Positions 1 through 11,937 of a DNA stretch of 64,000 nucleotides are shown in pieces; position 1 is the stretch's first letter; every line of letters starts with the position of its first letter. Made by a program: the position numbers and the translations under genes. This DNA comes from Cetorhinus maximus (taxonomy: Eukaryota). The notes beneath the pieces are model-generated. The model had not been told where the DNA came from. It searched no databases and saw only the letters and a list, made by a program, of their open reading frames with translations. The stretch is from NCBI RefSeq assembly GCF_964194155.1, contig NC_135892.1, positions 66,588,001 to 66,652,000 of the forward strand. Direction: 5' to 3'.

Positions 1-2955
1 TTTAAACTAGCTTGGCAGGGGGTGGAAACCTGAGAGGGAATTCAGATAGGAAACAAACAAAGGTGGTAATGGTAGGAAGAAACGTAGTAAGAAAATTTGA
101 AAGGCAGTGGAAATAAAGATCAGCATCAAATAGTGTCAAAATACAGAAAACTGTTAAAAAGGCAAAATTAAAAGCACCCTACCTGAATGCACACAGCATT
201 CACAATGAGGTAAATGGATTGACGAAACAAATAGAAGTAAATGGATATGATCTAACTGCCATTACGGAGACGTGGCTGCAAAGTGACCAAGGCTGGGAGC
301 TGAATATTCAAGGGTATTTGACATTTAGGAAGGATAGGCAGAAAGGAAAAGGAGATGGGGTAGTGTTGTTAATAAAGGATAAGTTCAGTACATTAGTGAG
401 ACAGGATCTTAGATTGGATGGTCAAGATATAGAATCAGTTTGGGTGGAGCTGAGAAACAGCAAGGGGCAGCAAACATTGGTGGGAGCTGTTTATGGGCCA
501 CCAAACACTAGTGGTAATGTAGGGCCCAGTATAAATCAGGAAATTAGAGGTGCATGTATCAAGGATAATACAGTAATCATGGGAGGCCTCAATCTACATA
601 TAGACTGCTAATGTTGTGGAAGATGAATTCCTGGAAAGTATATGCGATGGTTTTCTGGAGCAGTATGTTGAGGAATCAATAGAGAGCAGGCTATTTTAGA
701 TCTAGTATTGTACAATGAGAAAGGACTAATTAATAATCTTGTTGTAAAGGAGTCTCTAGGAAAGAGTGGCCATAATATGATGGAATTTTACATTAAGTTT
801 GAAAGTGATGTAGTTCAATCTGAAACTAGGCTCTAATCAAAGGAAACTACAAAGGTATGAGGGGTAAGTTGTCTGCGGTTGATTTGGAAACAATATCAAA
901 AGGCATGATGGTAGGCAGGGAATAGCTAACATGCAAAGAACTACAAATTTACATTCCTTTGAGGCACAAAAACCTAACAGAATAAGTGATCCAACCGTGG
1001 TTAACAAGAGAAGTTAAAGATTGTATTAGATCAGAGGAAGAGGCTTATAAAGTTGCCAAAAGAAGTAGTAAGCCGGAGGATTGGGAGCATTTTAGAATTC
1101 AGCAAAGGAGGGTAAAGACATTGATAAAAGAAGGGAAAGCAGAATATGAAAGTAAACTAGTGAGAAACATAAAATTGAACTGTAAAAGCTTCTACAGGTA
1201 TGTAAAAAAGAAAGGATTAGCAAAGACAAATATGGGCCAGTTACAGGCAGCAACAGGAGAATTTATATCTGGGAATAAGGAAATAGCAGAGAAACTAAAC
1301 AAACGTGTCCGTTTTTCATGGAGGAAGGTGCAAAAAACCTCCCAGAAGGGAGAACCAAGGGACTAGCGAGAATGAGGAACTGAAATAAATCAGTATTAAT
1401 AAAAAAAGAAATTAATGGAAAAATTAATGGGACTGAAAGTTGGTAAATCCCCTGGACCTGATGATCTAGATCCCAGAGTGTTGAAAGAGGATGCATTGGT
1501 GGACATCTTCCAAAATTCTATAGATTCTGGAACGGTTCCTGCAGATTGGAAGGTAGTAAATATAACCACATTATTTAAGAAAGGAGGGAGAGAGAAAACA
1601 GGAATCTACAGACCTGTTAGCCTGACATCAATAGTAGGAAAAAAGCTACTGATAACTGAAAACTTATAAAATAATGGTAGGATTGGGCAAAGTCAACATG
1701 GATTTATGAAAGGGAAATCGTGTTTGACAAACCTGTTGGAAGTCTCCGAGGATGTAACTAGCAAAATAAATAAGGGGGAACCAGTGGACGTGGTGTATTT
1801 GGATTTTCAGAGGGCTTTCGATAAGGTCCCACACAAGAGGTTAGTAAACAAAATTAGAGCACTTGGGATTGGGGGTAATGTATATTGGCATGGATTAAGA
1901 ATTGGTTAATGGACAGAAAACAGAGAATAAGAATAAATGGGTCATCCTCATGTTGGCAGGCTGTGACTAGTGTGGTACTGCAAGGATCAGTACTTGAGTC
2001 CCAGCTATTTACAACCTATATCAATGATTTGGATCTGGGGACCAAATGTAATATTTCTAAGTTTGCTGATGTTACAAAACTAAATAGGAATGTGAGTTGT
2101 GAGGAGGATGCAAGGAGGCTTCAAGGGGATTTAAACAGGCCAAGTGAGTGGGCAAGAACATGGCAGATGGAATATACTGTGGAAACATATGAAGTTATCC
2201 ACTTTGGTAGGAAAAACAGAAGTGCAGAGTATTTCTTAAATAGTGAGAGATTGGTAAATGTTGACGTTAAAAGGGACCTGGGTGTCCTTGTTCATGAAAT
2301 GCAGGTGCAGCAAGCAATTAGGAAGGCAAATAGTATGTTGGCCTTTACTGCAAGAGGATTTGAGTATGGGTGTAAAGATGTCTTGCTGCAATTGTGTAGA
2401 GCCTTGGTGAGACTGCAGCTGGAGTATTGTGTATAGTTTTGATCTCCTTACCTAAGGAACAATATATTTACTCTAGAGGGGGTGCAACGAAGGATCATCA
2501 GATTGATTCCTGGGGTGGCGGGATTGTTCTTTGAGGGGAATGATGCATCTCTAAAGTTTAGAAGAATGAGAGGTGATCCCATTGAAACAGACAAAATTCT
2601 TAGGTGGCTCAACCGGGTAGATGCAGGAAGGATGTTTCCCCTGGCTGGAGGGTCTAGAACCAGGGGATACAATCTCAGAATAAGGGGTAGGTCATTTAGG
2701 ACTGAGATGAGGAGGAATTTCTTCACTCAGAGGTTGGTGAATCTTTGGAATTCTCAGAGGGCTGTGGAGGCTCAGTCATCGAGTATATTCAAGACAGAGG
2801 CCGATAGATTTCTAGATATTAATGATATCAACAGAAATGGGGAAAGTGCAGGTAAATGACATTGAAGTAGAAAATCAGCTATGATCTAGTTGAATGGCAG
2901 AGCAGGCTTGAGAGGCCGAAGGGCCTAATCCTACTCCTATTTCCTATGTTCCTAT
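1..2955 (+). mobile_element. CR1 LINE (family A), near-complete decayed ORF2 (AP endonuclease + reverse transcriptase) and 3' tail
   Basis: ORF fragments read ITETWL, GAVYGPP, KSPGPDDLDPRVLKE, YRPVSLTS, YLDFQRAFDKVPH, SKFADVTKL, RDLGVLV and RRNFFTQR, with frameshifts and stops between them. A CR1-type tail (ctactcctatttcctatgttcctat) ends near 2955. Confidence 0.95.
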
Positions 2956-5900
2956 AAGGAAGAATTTTCTGGATTGCAGTCTACCAAAGAGTGTGTGGCA
3001 ATTCCATTGTATGTGCAGTGGAGTCATATGGCCTGGCCATAAGTTCAATACAATAATCACTTATGAATGCATAAATTATTGCTATGGAGGCCTTGCGCTC
3101 CAATTTACAAAAGGCTGTCTTGTCCAGTTTGAATTTGGAAGGGCAGTGATTCTCAAACCCTTTCATCTGCAAACTACTTAGGCAGGGCAAAAAACCCCAT
3201 GGATTACCAACCAGTCCTACCCCACCTGGTTTGCATGCCATCACTAATAAAAACTTATCAGAATTAATGGGAACTTATGGAAACTATTAATATTTTGCTG
3301 ATTTTTTGCTATGTACAAGATATATTAAATTGATATTCATTAATTTCTTTTATTAAATATCAGGTCTGGGAACAGGGAGCTGTCGGCAGAGATGGTTGGT
3401 GCACAACAACCAGGAAAGCAACCTACAAGTGTGAAACAAACAGATGGATGGCTTCTGAAGAAAGGCGCAGGACTCTGCTTATACCAGAACCCTTCCAAAC
3501 CAGGAGCTTCTGTGCCTCAACTGCTCAAGAGTCTGCAAATTGAGAATGAACATCCATTGTCACCAATGATCATGCCAACTACCAAAGGGACAAATTTTCC
3601 CATGATCTTCACCCGTGAAGAACCTGCCACCGTCATCATTAAATATCATAAATAAATTAGTAATTCATTGCCAGAAACCAAAGCATACGCATTTTGATAT
3701 TATAAATATTAATACTAAAAGAGAGCATGTTTATCTGAAACATTCTAAGTTGCATTATAAATCATTAAACAAGCTTCTTCTGAGAAACTAACACATATCC
3801 ATATTACTCAAATAAAATCAACAATAACATAAACCTTACTTATAAAGCATGGCTGTGGCCGCCTGGATGTAACTGAACATCATGTGTGAAGGAATTGCAG
3901 TCTCATTATTTCTTGATACCTAGAAGGAATCTGAAGCATAGAAATGTGTGTTACCCTCCCAGCTGCAACTGATGCAGTCACTATCAAAAGATGGAGATAT
4001 AGGGATACTTGAATTCCAAGTGGCTTTCAGCAGACCAGCAGTTAGCCACTTACTCCTTCCACTGAGAGGTTACCTAGAAAAAGTCACAGGTCTGAAAAAT
4101 ACACACAATATGTTAGTACTAAGGTTAAAAACAAGGGAAGAAACAGTGAACTTGCAGCTACACACTACAAATTAGGGTAATAAATTGATCACAATAATTT
4201 GGAACTACATCCAGAGATTTTATTTTCAATTATGCAGAAGGGAGCAGAAGACCAAAGGATAGACATTGAGGGATGCGTTGGTGATTGTGTTTTGGACTAC
4301 TTAATTGTGCACTTGTGGTTCAAAAGGTTCCTTAAAGGGGAAAGTCAGAGACACTTATCTGAAGATGCCTTGTATGAATGCCTGGTACAACCACCCTAAA
4401 TGTGCTAGGTTGATGCTGGTTCAGAATAAGGTGGGAAAGGAGAAACTCATGGACAGCCTTGTTATACTTTATTTCAATGCTAATGTAATGAAGCTCTCTT
4501 ACATCCCACCTGACAGTGAAGGATGGTGGTGGACAACCAAGTCAGAAAGTATATGCATCTCACTCTATATGAATCGCCTACACATATTCACACCCCTTGA
4601 CCTTGCCATGGCCTATTCACTCCCATTGAGGGAATGCTAAACCAAAAATCGGGCAGGTTTGGGTCAGATTAAAGTTAAAGTCTTCAAAACTGGCATTTTG
4701 ACTGAATCCCAATGCCAGCCACACATGTCTGGATTTAACAGAAATGTGGCGGGAGGAGGGTGTTTGGTGAGGGTGTAATTGACCAACCCACTCACAGAAG
4801 TTGTGTTAACAATTTATATATTATAATGAGGCTGAGTGCCTCAAATTTATCCACCATTTCAAATTTAACTCTGTCAGGCTTCCAGAAACATGTCTGTTAA
4901 AGCTGAGCATGCATGTCCCAAGTTCTGTCCTTGTCTCCTTTAAGATTGCATCTGCCTATGTCACTAACTACCAGTTTGTACCAGAAAGGAGCTTGCTACT
5001 TTTCTGTCGAAGAAGTGTTCCAAGGAAACCCTTTTATGATCTTTTGGCTCATTTGCCTTGATAATATTAGACTGAAGAGCTCACTTATGAGCTCTTAAGA
5101 TGAGTTTTGCTCTCCTCCAGTAAACTCTTAAAGACAGGAACTCACTAGGCTTGGGTGTAGCACCACTATTTTTTCTCCTAATCCAATTCTTCAGTTTCTT
5201 TCTCACCTTCTTGATGTATCTGTCCATGATAGGGCTGTAACTGTTCCTACATTCACTGATCCATACTAAGTTTGTATTTCTACTTTTCTTGTCAATTCAT
5301 ATCCTCCAGTTACAGTGCAGCAACCACTCTTAGTGATGAAGAGCTGTTTTACAAAATTCAAAGAGAAGGTTCTATTTGCCAATGATGAGTAATCACAACA
5401 AATTGTTTTTACAATGTAACTTTTTGCCCATTGTTCAGACTTCAGATTATGTATTGGAATAGTGAATGGAGAATTTATTAAAGATGAGGCAATCGTTAGG
5501 TGTTTTAGCCAGTGCACAATCCCCTATAGAAACAGCTGGAGATTGACTTAGATTCAACGGTAGACAGCTTAAAAAACTATTGATTTTGTTTTTACAGGTA
5601 AACTCATTAGGAAGACAAACTTCATTCAGTGATGTGTCATTAAACTGTCCTAGCTTGTAACCTAATTAATGGTGAATAAAACAGATTGTACTGAGATGTG
5701 CTATTTTCCTGTCTTGCAGCAGGAGATCTATTATTGAATTCTAACCAGCATTATGATTTGGCTTCAAGGATTTATGACTAAAGATTATATTTGCACAGCA
5801 GATTGTCAAGCTGAATTATAATTGTAGAAGTATCTCATGTTACAAGTTTCACATTAGAGCAATATTCTTCAATGTCAGAATTGCATGTTGCCTGATCAAC

Positions 5901-7402
5901 TAAACAGAACAGGCCAAGTGCACTATCTGTCTACTATTCAGTGCTGTATTAACCCAGCACCAGCACTCCCATCCCAACCAACAATGGGCAGGATAGGGTC
6001 GGAGAGGTTAGGGCTGGTGGGCAGTAGCTAAAGAATTAAACACAGGGAATACATCCCCAACCCACCGTGTGTATGCCAAATGCCTTTTAAACAACAGCAA
6101 TTATCGAAGCGAAAATGCATCACACCGTAAAAGGTGAGATACTTAATTAGCATATTTAAATTGGTTCCTCACAGTGTAATTGAGAGTCCAATTAAAAATG
6201 GATTGTTTCCCAAGGCTCAGGATACCCAGCAGCCAAAGGGAAGAAGGCGGTGCCTGTTTCAGAAGGTGTTTTTTCCAGCACTCCTTGTGAACCACAAGAA
6301 GCATGAGTGATTCCCCTCAGCCCCTCAAGAAAGCCTTTGGCCTCTCCAGCCCTAATCACTATCCACTTCCCCTGACAATACCTCCCGCTGGCTAGTCTAT
6401 CTCCCAATTGTTGGGGACCATCCCCAAGGGTCTCTGGCTGTCCCTCCTGTTGCTGGTTTTCCCTTCCACCGACCAGGTGGTCCATTTGGCCGGCTGTTGC
6501 GCAGAAACAGAACCAAAACATTCACCAAAAACACAAAAAAACTAGGCCAAAGAGGTAGGTTTTAAGTAGCATCTTAAAGTAGGACAGAGAGGCAGTGAGA
6601 TATAGGGTGGAATGATCCCAGATTTCTTGCCATTAACTTTGCCGTAGCTTTGCCAGATTGTTTAACCTCCCTCCCACCCTTGCCACCTTCCCATAAATAT
6701 CAGGGCCTTCTTTGCTCTTTGTTACAATCTTGTTGGTCCTTTGAATTCTTAAAATATGGAATGGCAGCACAATAAATTGCCATATTATTTTGTGTTATTT
6801 ACTAGCTTTTGGTTCTGGTATAATATATAGTTACAGCATTTCAATGGATATTCCTTCATTACTTTTTTTTCCCCAATAATGTTTTTATATGACTCCCAAA
6901 TACTCCAGTGTTCAGAAATCAGTTTAGTGCAGCTTCACCTTGTCCCTGCAATCAAGCCAGTAAAGATTGCTCCAGTTCCTCATGTCTCATTTCTGGAGGG
7001 TGGCAAAGAGATAGTAAGAAGAATCATTTCAACCTAACCTGCCCTGGAGGAAACCAATAAAATCAAATTGACCTCCCAGTGATTCGTATATCGAGCTATG
7101 GTCATTATGCGGTAAATTTTCATCCTTAGTGCTCCCAGACGGAGCTATGTATGTGGAATCCCAGCACATACCCTTCCTTATTTTAATTCTAATTTACTCC
7201 AATAACAACAACAACAGCAACTTGCATTTATGGAGCATCTTTAAAGTAATAAAGCATTCCAATGCACATTAGAGGAGGGTCACGTAACAAGAATTGACAC
7301 CAAACCACATAAGGAAATATTAGGTCAGATGACCAAAAATTAGGCCAAAGAGGTAGGCTTTAGGTAGCATTTTAAAGCAGGGCAGAGAGGCAAAGAGTTA
7401 TA

Positions 7403-9343
7403 GGATGGAATCATCCCAGATTTCCACTAGGTGTGGTAGCAGGTATGAAAAATGACATTTTACCCGCTGGCTCAATGGCGTATTTTCGCACTGTATCGCC
7501 CGCTTCCTGCCTCATTAATTATGCAGCCACAGTAAACATGCCACCTTGCTGGCGGGCGGCCTCCAAATCACCTGCCACACCGTTATCTCACTGTTTCCTC
7601 ACCCTGGGTGTCATATCTAAACTGCAGCCGCGCACACAGTTCTCAATACTTGCAGCCCAGGACTGATCCAGTGAAGACATGGCCCTGAAATCCAAGAAGG
7701 GTTCAGTGACATGTTACTAGAATGCCTTTCGGAGACCCGCCATGATCTCCTCCACTCCTGCAGGAGGTCCAACAATCTCACCACTCAGGCTCGGGAGGCA
7801 GTGGCAGTGGTTGCCAGTGCTGAAGCTGCACACAAGAGGTTGGCAATCCAGTGCAGAAAGAGGATGAATGATCTCATCCGTGCCGCCAGGGTAAGGCTAC
7901 CAGCTCATCACTCCAAACCCACACACTAACAAGGTCATCACACATTCACTGGCATCTCACTCATTGCCAGCTCAAGGCACATCACCATTCCACTCCAGTG
8001 GGGCTACCATTGACCAGAAACTGAACTGGACTGACCATATAAATACTGTGGCTACAAGAGCAGGTCAGCAGCTGGGAATCCTGTGGCGAGTAACTCATCA
8101 CCTGACTCCCAAAAGCCTATCCACCATCTACAAGGCACAAGTCAGGAGTGTGATGGAATGCTCCCTATTTGCCCAGATAAGTGCAGTTCCAACAACATAC
8201 AAGAAGCTTAACACCATCCAGGACAAAGCAGTCCACTTGATTGACACCCCATCAACAAACATTCACTCCCTCCACCACTGACTCACAGTAGCAGCAGTGT
8301 GTACCATCTACAAGATGCACTGCAGGAACTGACAAAACCTCCTTAGGCAGCACCTTCCAAACCCACGACCACTACCAGCTAGAAGGACATGGGCTGCAGA
8401 CACATGGAAATATCACCACCTGCAAGTTCCCCTCCAAGTCACTCACCATCCTGACTTGGAAATATATCGCCGTTCCTTCACTATCACTGGCTCAAAATCC
8501 TGGGACTCCCTCCATAACAACACTGTGGGTGTACCTACACCACATGAACTGCAGCAGTTCAAGAAGGCAGCTTACCACCACCTTCTCAAGGGCAATTGGC
8601 GATGGGCAATAAATGCTGGCCTAGCTAGCGACGCCCACATCCATGAATGAATTAAAAAAAAGAAAAAATCTCTCACACACATACCCTCATGTCTCCATCT
8701 GGCTCCCTCTCCTCTGGAGACTGCCTCCTCAGCCCTCACCATCTTGAGGCCACTTGCACAGATCAACACGCGCCCCAACACACACCTTGGGATACCTCCC
8801 TTCCCCAGTACAGCCCTCACCCTGCAGCCTCTTTCCTTGCTTGAGGCTCCTTCTCCCCCTTCCCCAAGCAAGACCTTGCCCTGCAGCCATTGAAAAGCCA
8901 CCCACCTATTGCTGATCTGGTAGGTAGAGACCTGCCCGTGAGCCCCCCTAAAAGTGGTGTGGCGCTGCCTGTGAAGCCTGGCTCTGATGACTGCGAGTGC
9001 TGACTGAAGCAAGGTAGGCAAACAAACCTCGAAGTCCTGAGCGAAGTGCAGCTCACCAGGTCATGTTGCTTATGTACACTTGTGAAACACGTAGGCATGC
9101 AATCACGCCGATGTGGCGGACGACCTAGTGTTGGGGGATGATTCTGGCGAGCAGGGCTTATAATGAGATGCTAAAATATCCTGACATGTGGTGGTGGGAA
9201 ACGCAGCCCACCATTGACAGGTGGAGTGGACGAACGCAAACTGGTTTCATGGCAGCGTAACACCGATTTTTGGCCTTCCCGCCATTTTGTCCATTCACAC
9301 CCACCTTGATGCCTGCCGCCAACAGGACTGGACGATTCCACCC
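7403..9343 (+). mobile_element. Non-autonomous Harbinger element with Myb/SANT exon 1
   Basis: TIRs ggatggaatcatcc and ggacgattccaccc, flanked by ATA/ACA. 7679-7890 encodes MALKSKK..FSDMLLECL..QCRKRMNDLIRAAR, followed by a GTAAGG donor at 7891. Confidence 0.8.
7998..8660 (+). mobile_element. CR1 LINE (family B) 3' fragment, nested in the Harbinger element
   Basis: IDQKLNWTDHINTVATRAGQQLGIL..STIYKAQVRSVME, followed by the tail gggcaataaatgctggcctagc..cccacatccatgaatgaa and an A-run. Confidence 0.9.
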
Positions 9344-9478
9344 ACAGGGAGGGAATTCCAGGACTTAGAGCCTAGGCAACTGAACTACCAATGGTGGCCT
9401 GATTAAAAATGAGAATGCTCAAGAGGCCAGAATTGGCAGAGCGCATAAAGTAGGCCTGAAGAAGATTACAGAAATGCA

Positions 9479-11059
9479 GAATGGAATTTTTCCAGGTAAG
9501 GATGTGCTGGGTTGGCAGCCTGACATCATCGTGTCTTCCTTTGGCTTTTGCCTGGAGCGGGGCAGGTTTGAAAGCAAGTGGGGAAACCTCCATGCCGCTA
9601 TCAGGTGAGGCATTTGGATATTACAATAAACAATTAACTATTGTTTTAAACAAGGATTCTGCAGTGAGCAGGTTGTGGACCTGTTTCTTGAGCTGTGTGA
9701 GATTTGCCAGGATCACTGAGATGAGTGCACAGCGGGGGTGCTTCTTCAGTGAAACTGACAGGCTGGGAAGCCTTTCATCAATAAACTGAAGAGCTCCAGC
9801 CATGGCCAGGTGAGAGGCTACTATTCACAGCACTCATTCTCAGAGTGGCTTCAGTGCTTGGCAGGTAAACTTCTTGGAAATCAAATCACCTGCCTTGCAT
9901 TTCACTCACCTTCAGCTGGACTTCCCTGCTGCCAGCCTTCACCATGGCATGTGAACAGCTTCTGCAACTCTACATTGGACCTCTGATGAGGAACAAGAGG
10001 CATAACAACAGCATTATCAGCAGCAACCACTGTCTTCTCCTCATCTGCATGCCGCTCCACTGTGCAGAGGGGATGGACACAGAGATCCAGCTCCAAGGAA
10101 TCAAGACCCCCAACAGAGGGTCTACAGGCAGAGGATAAGCTCTCTCGGCATGTCTGAACACCAGTGCCTCAGGAGGCTCAGGCTTTCATGCAGATTGTTG
10201 CTGATATCTACAGCCTCATAGAATAAGACCTCCTTTCTAGTGGGCCAGATGGGCAAGTGCTGCCAGTGACTGACAAAGTGCCTGTAACCAGAGAAACAGC
10301 CTCCAGCCTGGGTCTCTGCCTCGCACCAAGTTGTGTGTTGTCTTTTCTTTCAAGGAGAGAAAGCAGAGCCAAAATGTGTTAAAAGTTGCTTGTGTGGATA
10401 GCAGGGAAGGACAGCATTTGTGGAGGTTTGGGTGAGAGAAGGCGACAGGATAAAGGTGAATGTGAATGTTGTTGTTCAGATAGGGATGTGAGGTACCTGC
10501 AGAGAGAGGAATGAATGGATCTGCAAAGTATGTCGTTCTGAGGAGTGCAATGCAGGCAAATGCTGGGAAAGTCAGAGTGTGGGGCTTGACACTTGGAAAT
10601 CTTATATCACTCATCCTTCCTGCTCTCCTGAGGTCCTGGGTCCTCTGGGTACACTGTCTTCATGATGAATGGATCATACTTCTGCTGCTGACTTCATTCC
10701 ACGCCTGCTTGGTAGGAGACATTGCCCTCATCCTCCCACCCTTGGGGAAAAAATCACCTCACTGCAGGCCCTCAGATTCTGCAGCAGAACCTCCAGGTAA
10801 AAGAGAGGCCTAGGGTCCCACGTCTCCTTTCCATTCATGTGGCTGCTACAGCCTCAAAAGTTCATTTGTAGGTGAGTCATTCTAAACCATGCTGGTGTCC
10901 CTTTTGATCGGTCCAGTGTCTTATATCACCCACGAGATTGTCAGGGAACCTGGAGATGGGAAGCTAATGCTGTAGCTCAGTTGAAGAGCCTCATGAAAGA
11001 TGATTGCATAATCCAACGGGTTCCCGTTTCAGCAAAGACTAATGTAGAAAATTCCACCC
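9479..11059 (+). mobile_element. Internally deleted Harbinger: transposase 5' remnant (+) and Myb 5' remnant (-)
   Basis: Ends gaatggaattttt and gaaaattccaccc. About 10108-10190 reads PQQRVYRQRISSLGMSEHQCLRRLRLS. About 10610-10800 (-) contains LEVLLQ and TKQAWNEVSSRS. Confidence 0.75.
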
Positions 11060-11937
11060 AAGGAGAGGCAAGGCCAAGAAGCAATTTGAAAACAAGGATG
11101 AGGATTTTAGAATTGAGGTATTGCTTGTTCAAGAGCCAATGCAGGTCAATGACCACAGGGGCGAGTGGCATTTGATGCTAGCTAGAGTTTTGAATGACCA
11201 AATTTGTGAAAGGTAGAACATCGCAGGCCAGCCAGGTGTGCATTGGAATCATGTCTAGAGGGAACAAAGGCACAGGTGAGGGTTTTAGCAGCGGATAAGC
11301 TGAGGTTAGACAGTGTCAGAAAATGTTAAGGAGATGGAAATAGACAACTTTAGTAATGTTTGGTAGGAGGCTCATTTCAGAGTCAAATATAATACCAATG
11401 TTGCAAACAACCTGGTTCAAGCTGAGACAGTTGCCAGGGAGAAGCAGAGGTTTGGAATTGGTGTCAAGGAAACAGTTTGTGACAGAAATCAAAGACAATG
11501 GGCTTTTGTCTTCCCAATATATAACTGGATTAAATTTCTGCTCATCCAATGCTGGATGTCAGACAAGCAATCAGACAGTTTAGAGACAGTGGAGGGGTTA
11601 AGAGAGGTGGAGGAGATGAAGGGTTGTGTTAATCATATTTTTACATTTAAAATGTATTCATGAATTCTATTTTAAGACAGTAAGAAAGATATTTTCACAA
11701 TTTAAATTCAGAGAACAAAAAAGCTTCAATTACCTGTTCATTGAAATATTTTTTAAAATAGTCATTCTGTTCTCATTGTGAAAGACTTGTGGAAACATAA
11801 TCCCAATCCTTTCACTAGTGAAGGGAGTCAGTAGGGTAATTGTGGAGAGGTCCTTTGTCTGAAATCAGTACATGCAAAGTAAGGACATTGTTATAAAACA
11901 AAGAAAAATACAAGTTAAATCTAACCCATGGAGCAAC

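Larger units (their letters stand above)
7203..11630 (-). mobile_element. L2 LINE 3' portion, split by two Harbinger insertions into about 7203-7402, 9344-9478 and 11060-11630
   Basis: Minus-strand ORFs give PVVIDLHWL..KILILVFKLLLGLASP and VCNIGIIFDSEMS..YFHLLNI, typical of the L2 ORF2 C-terminus. An (aac)n tail lies near 7203. The sequence reads through across both insertions. Confidence 0.8.

Noticed and set aside
3445-3470. GWLLKKG as the start of a PH domain
   Set aside because: The downstream sequence does not follow a PH pattern, and the motif is too short to support the call.
5310-5600. Cluster of AG/GT-bounded segments (e.g. YSAATTLSDEELFYKIQRE)
   Set aside because: The donors are weak, stops occur nearby, and no consistent spliced frame could be built.
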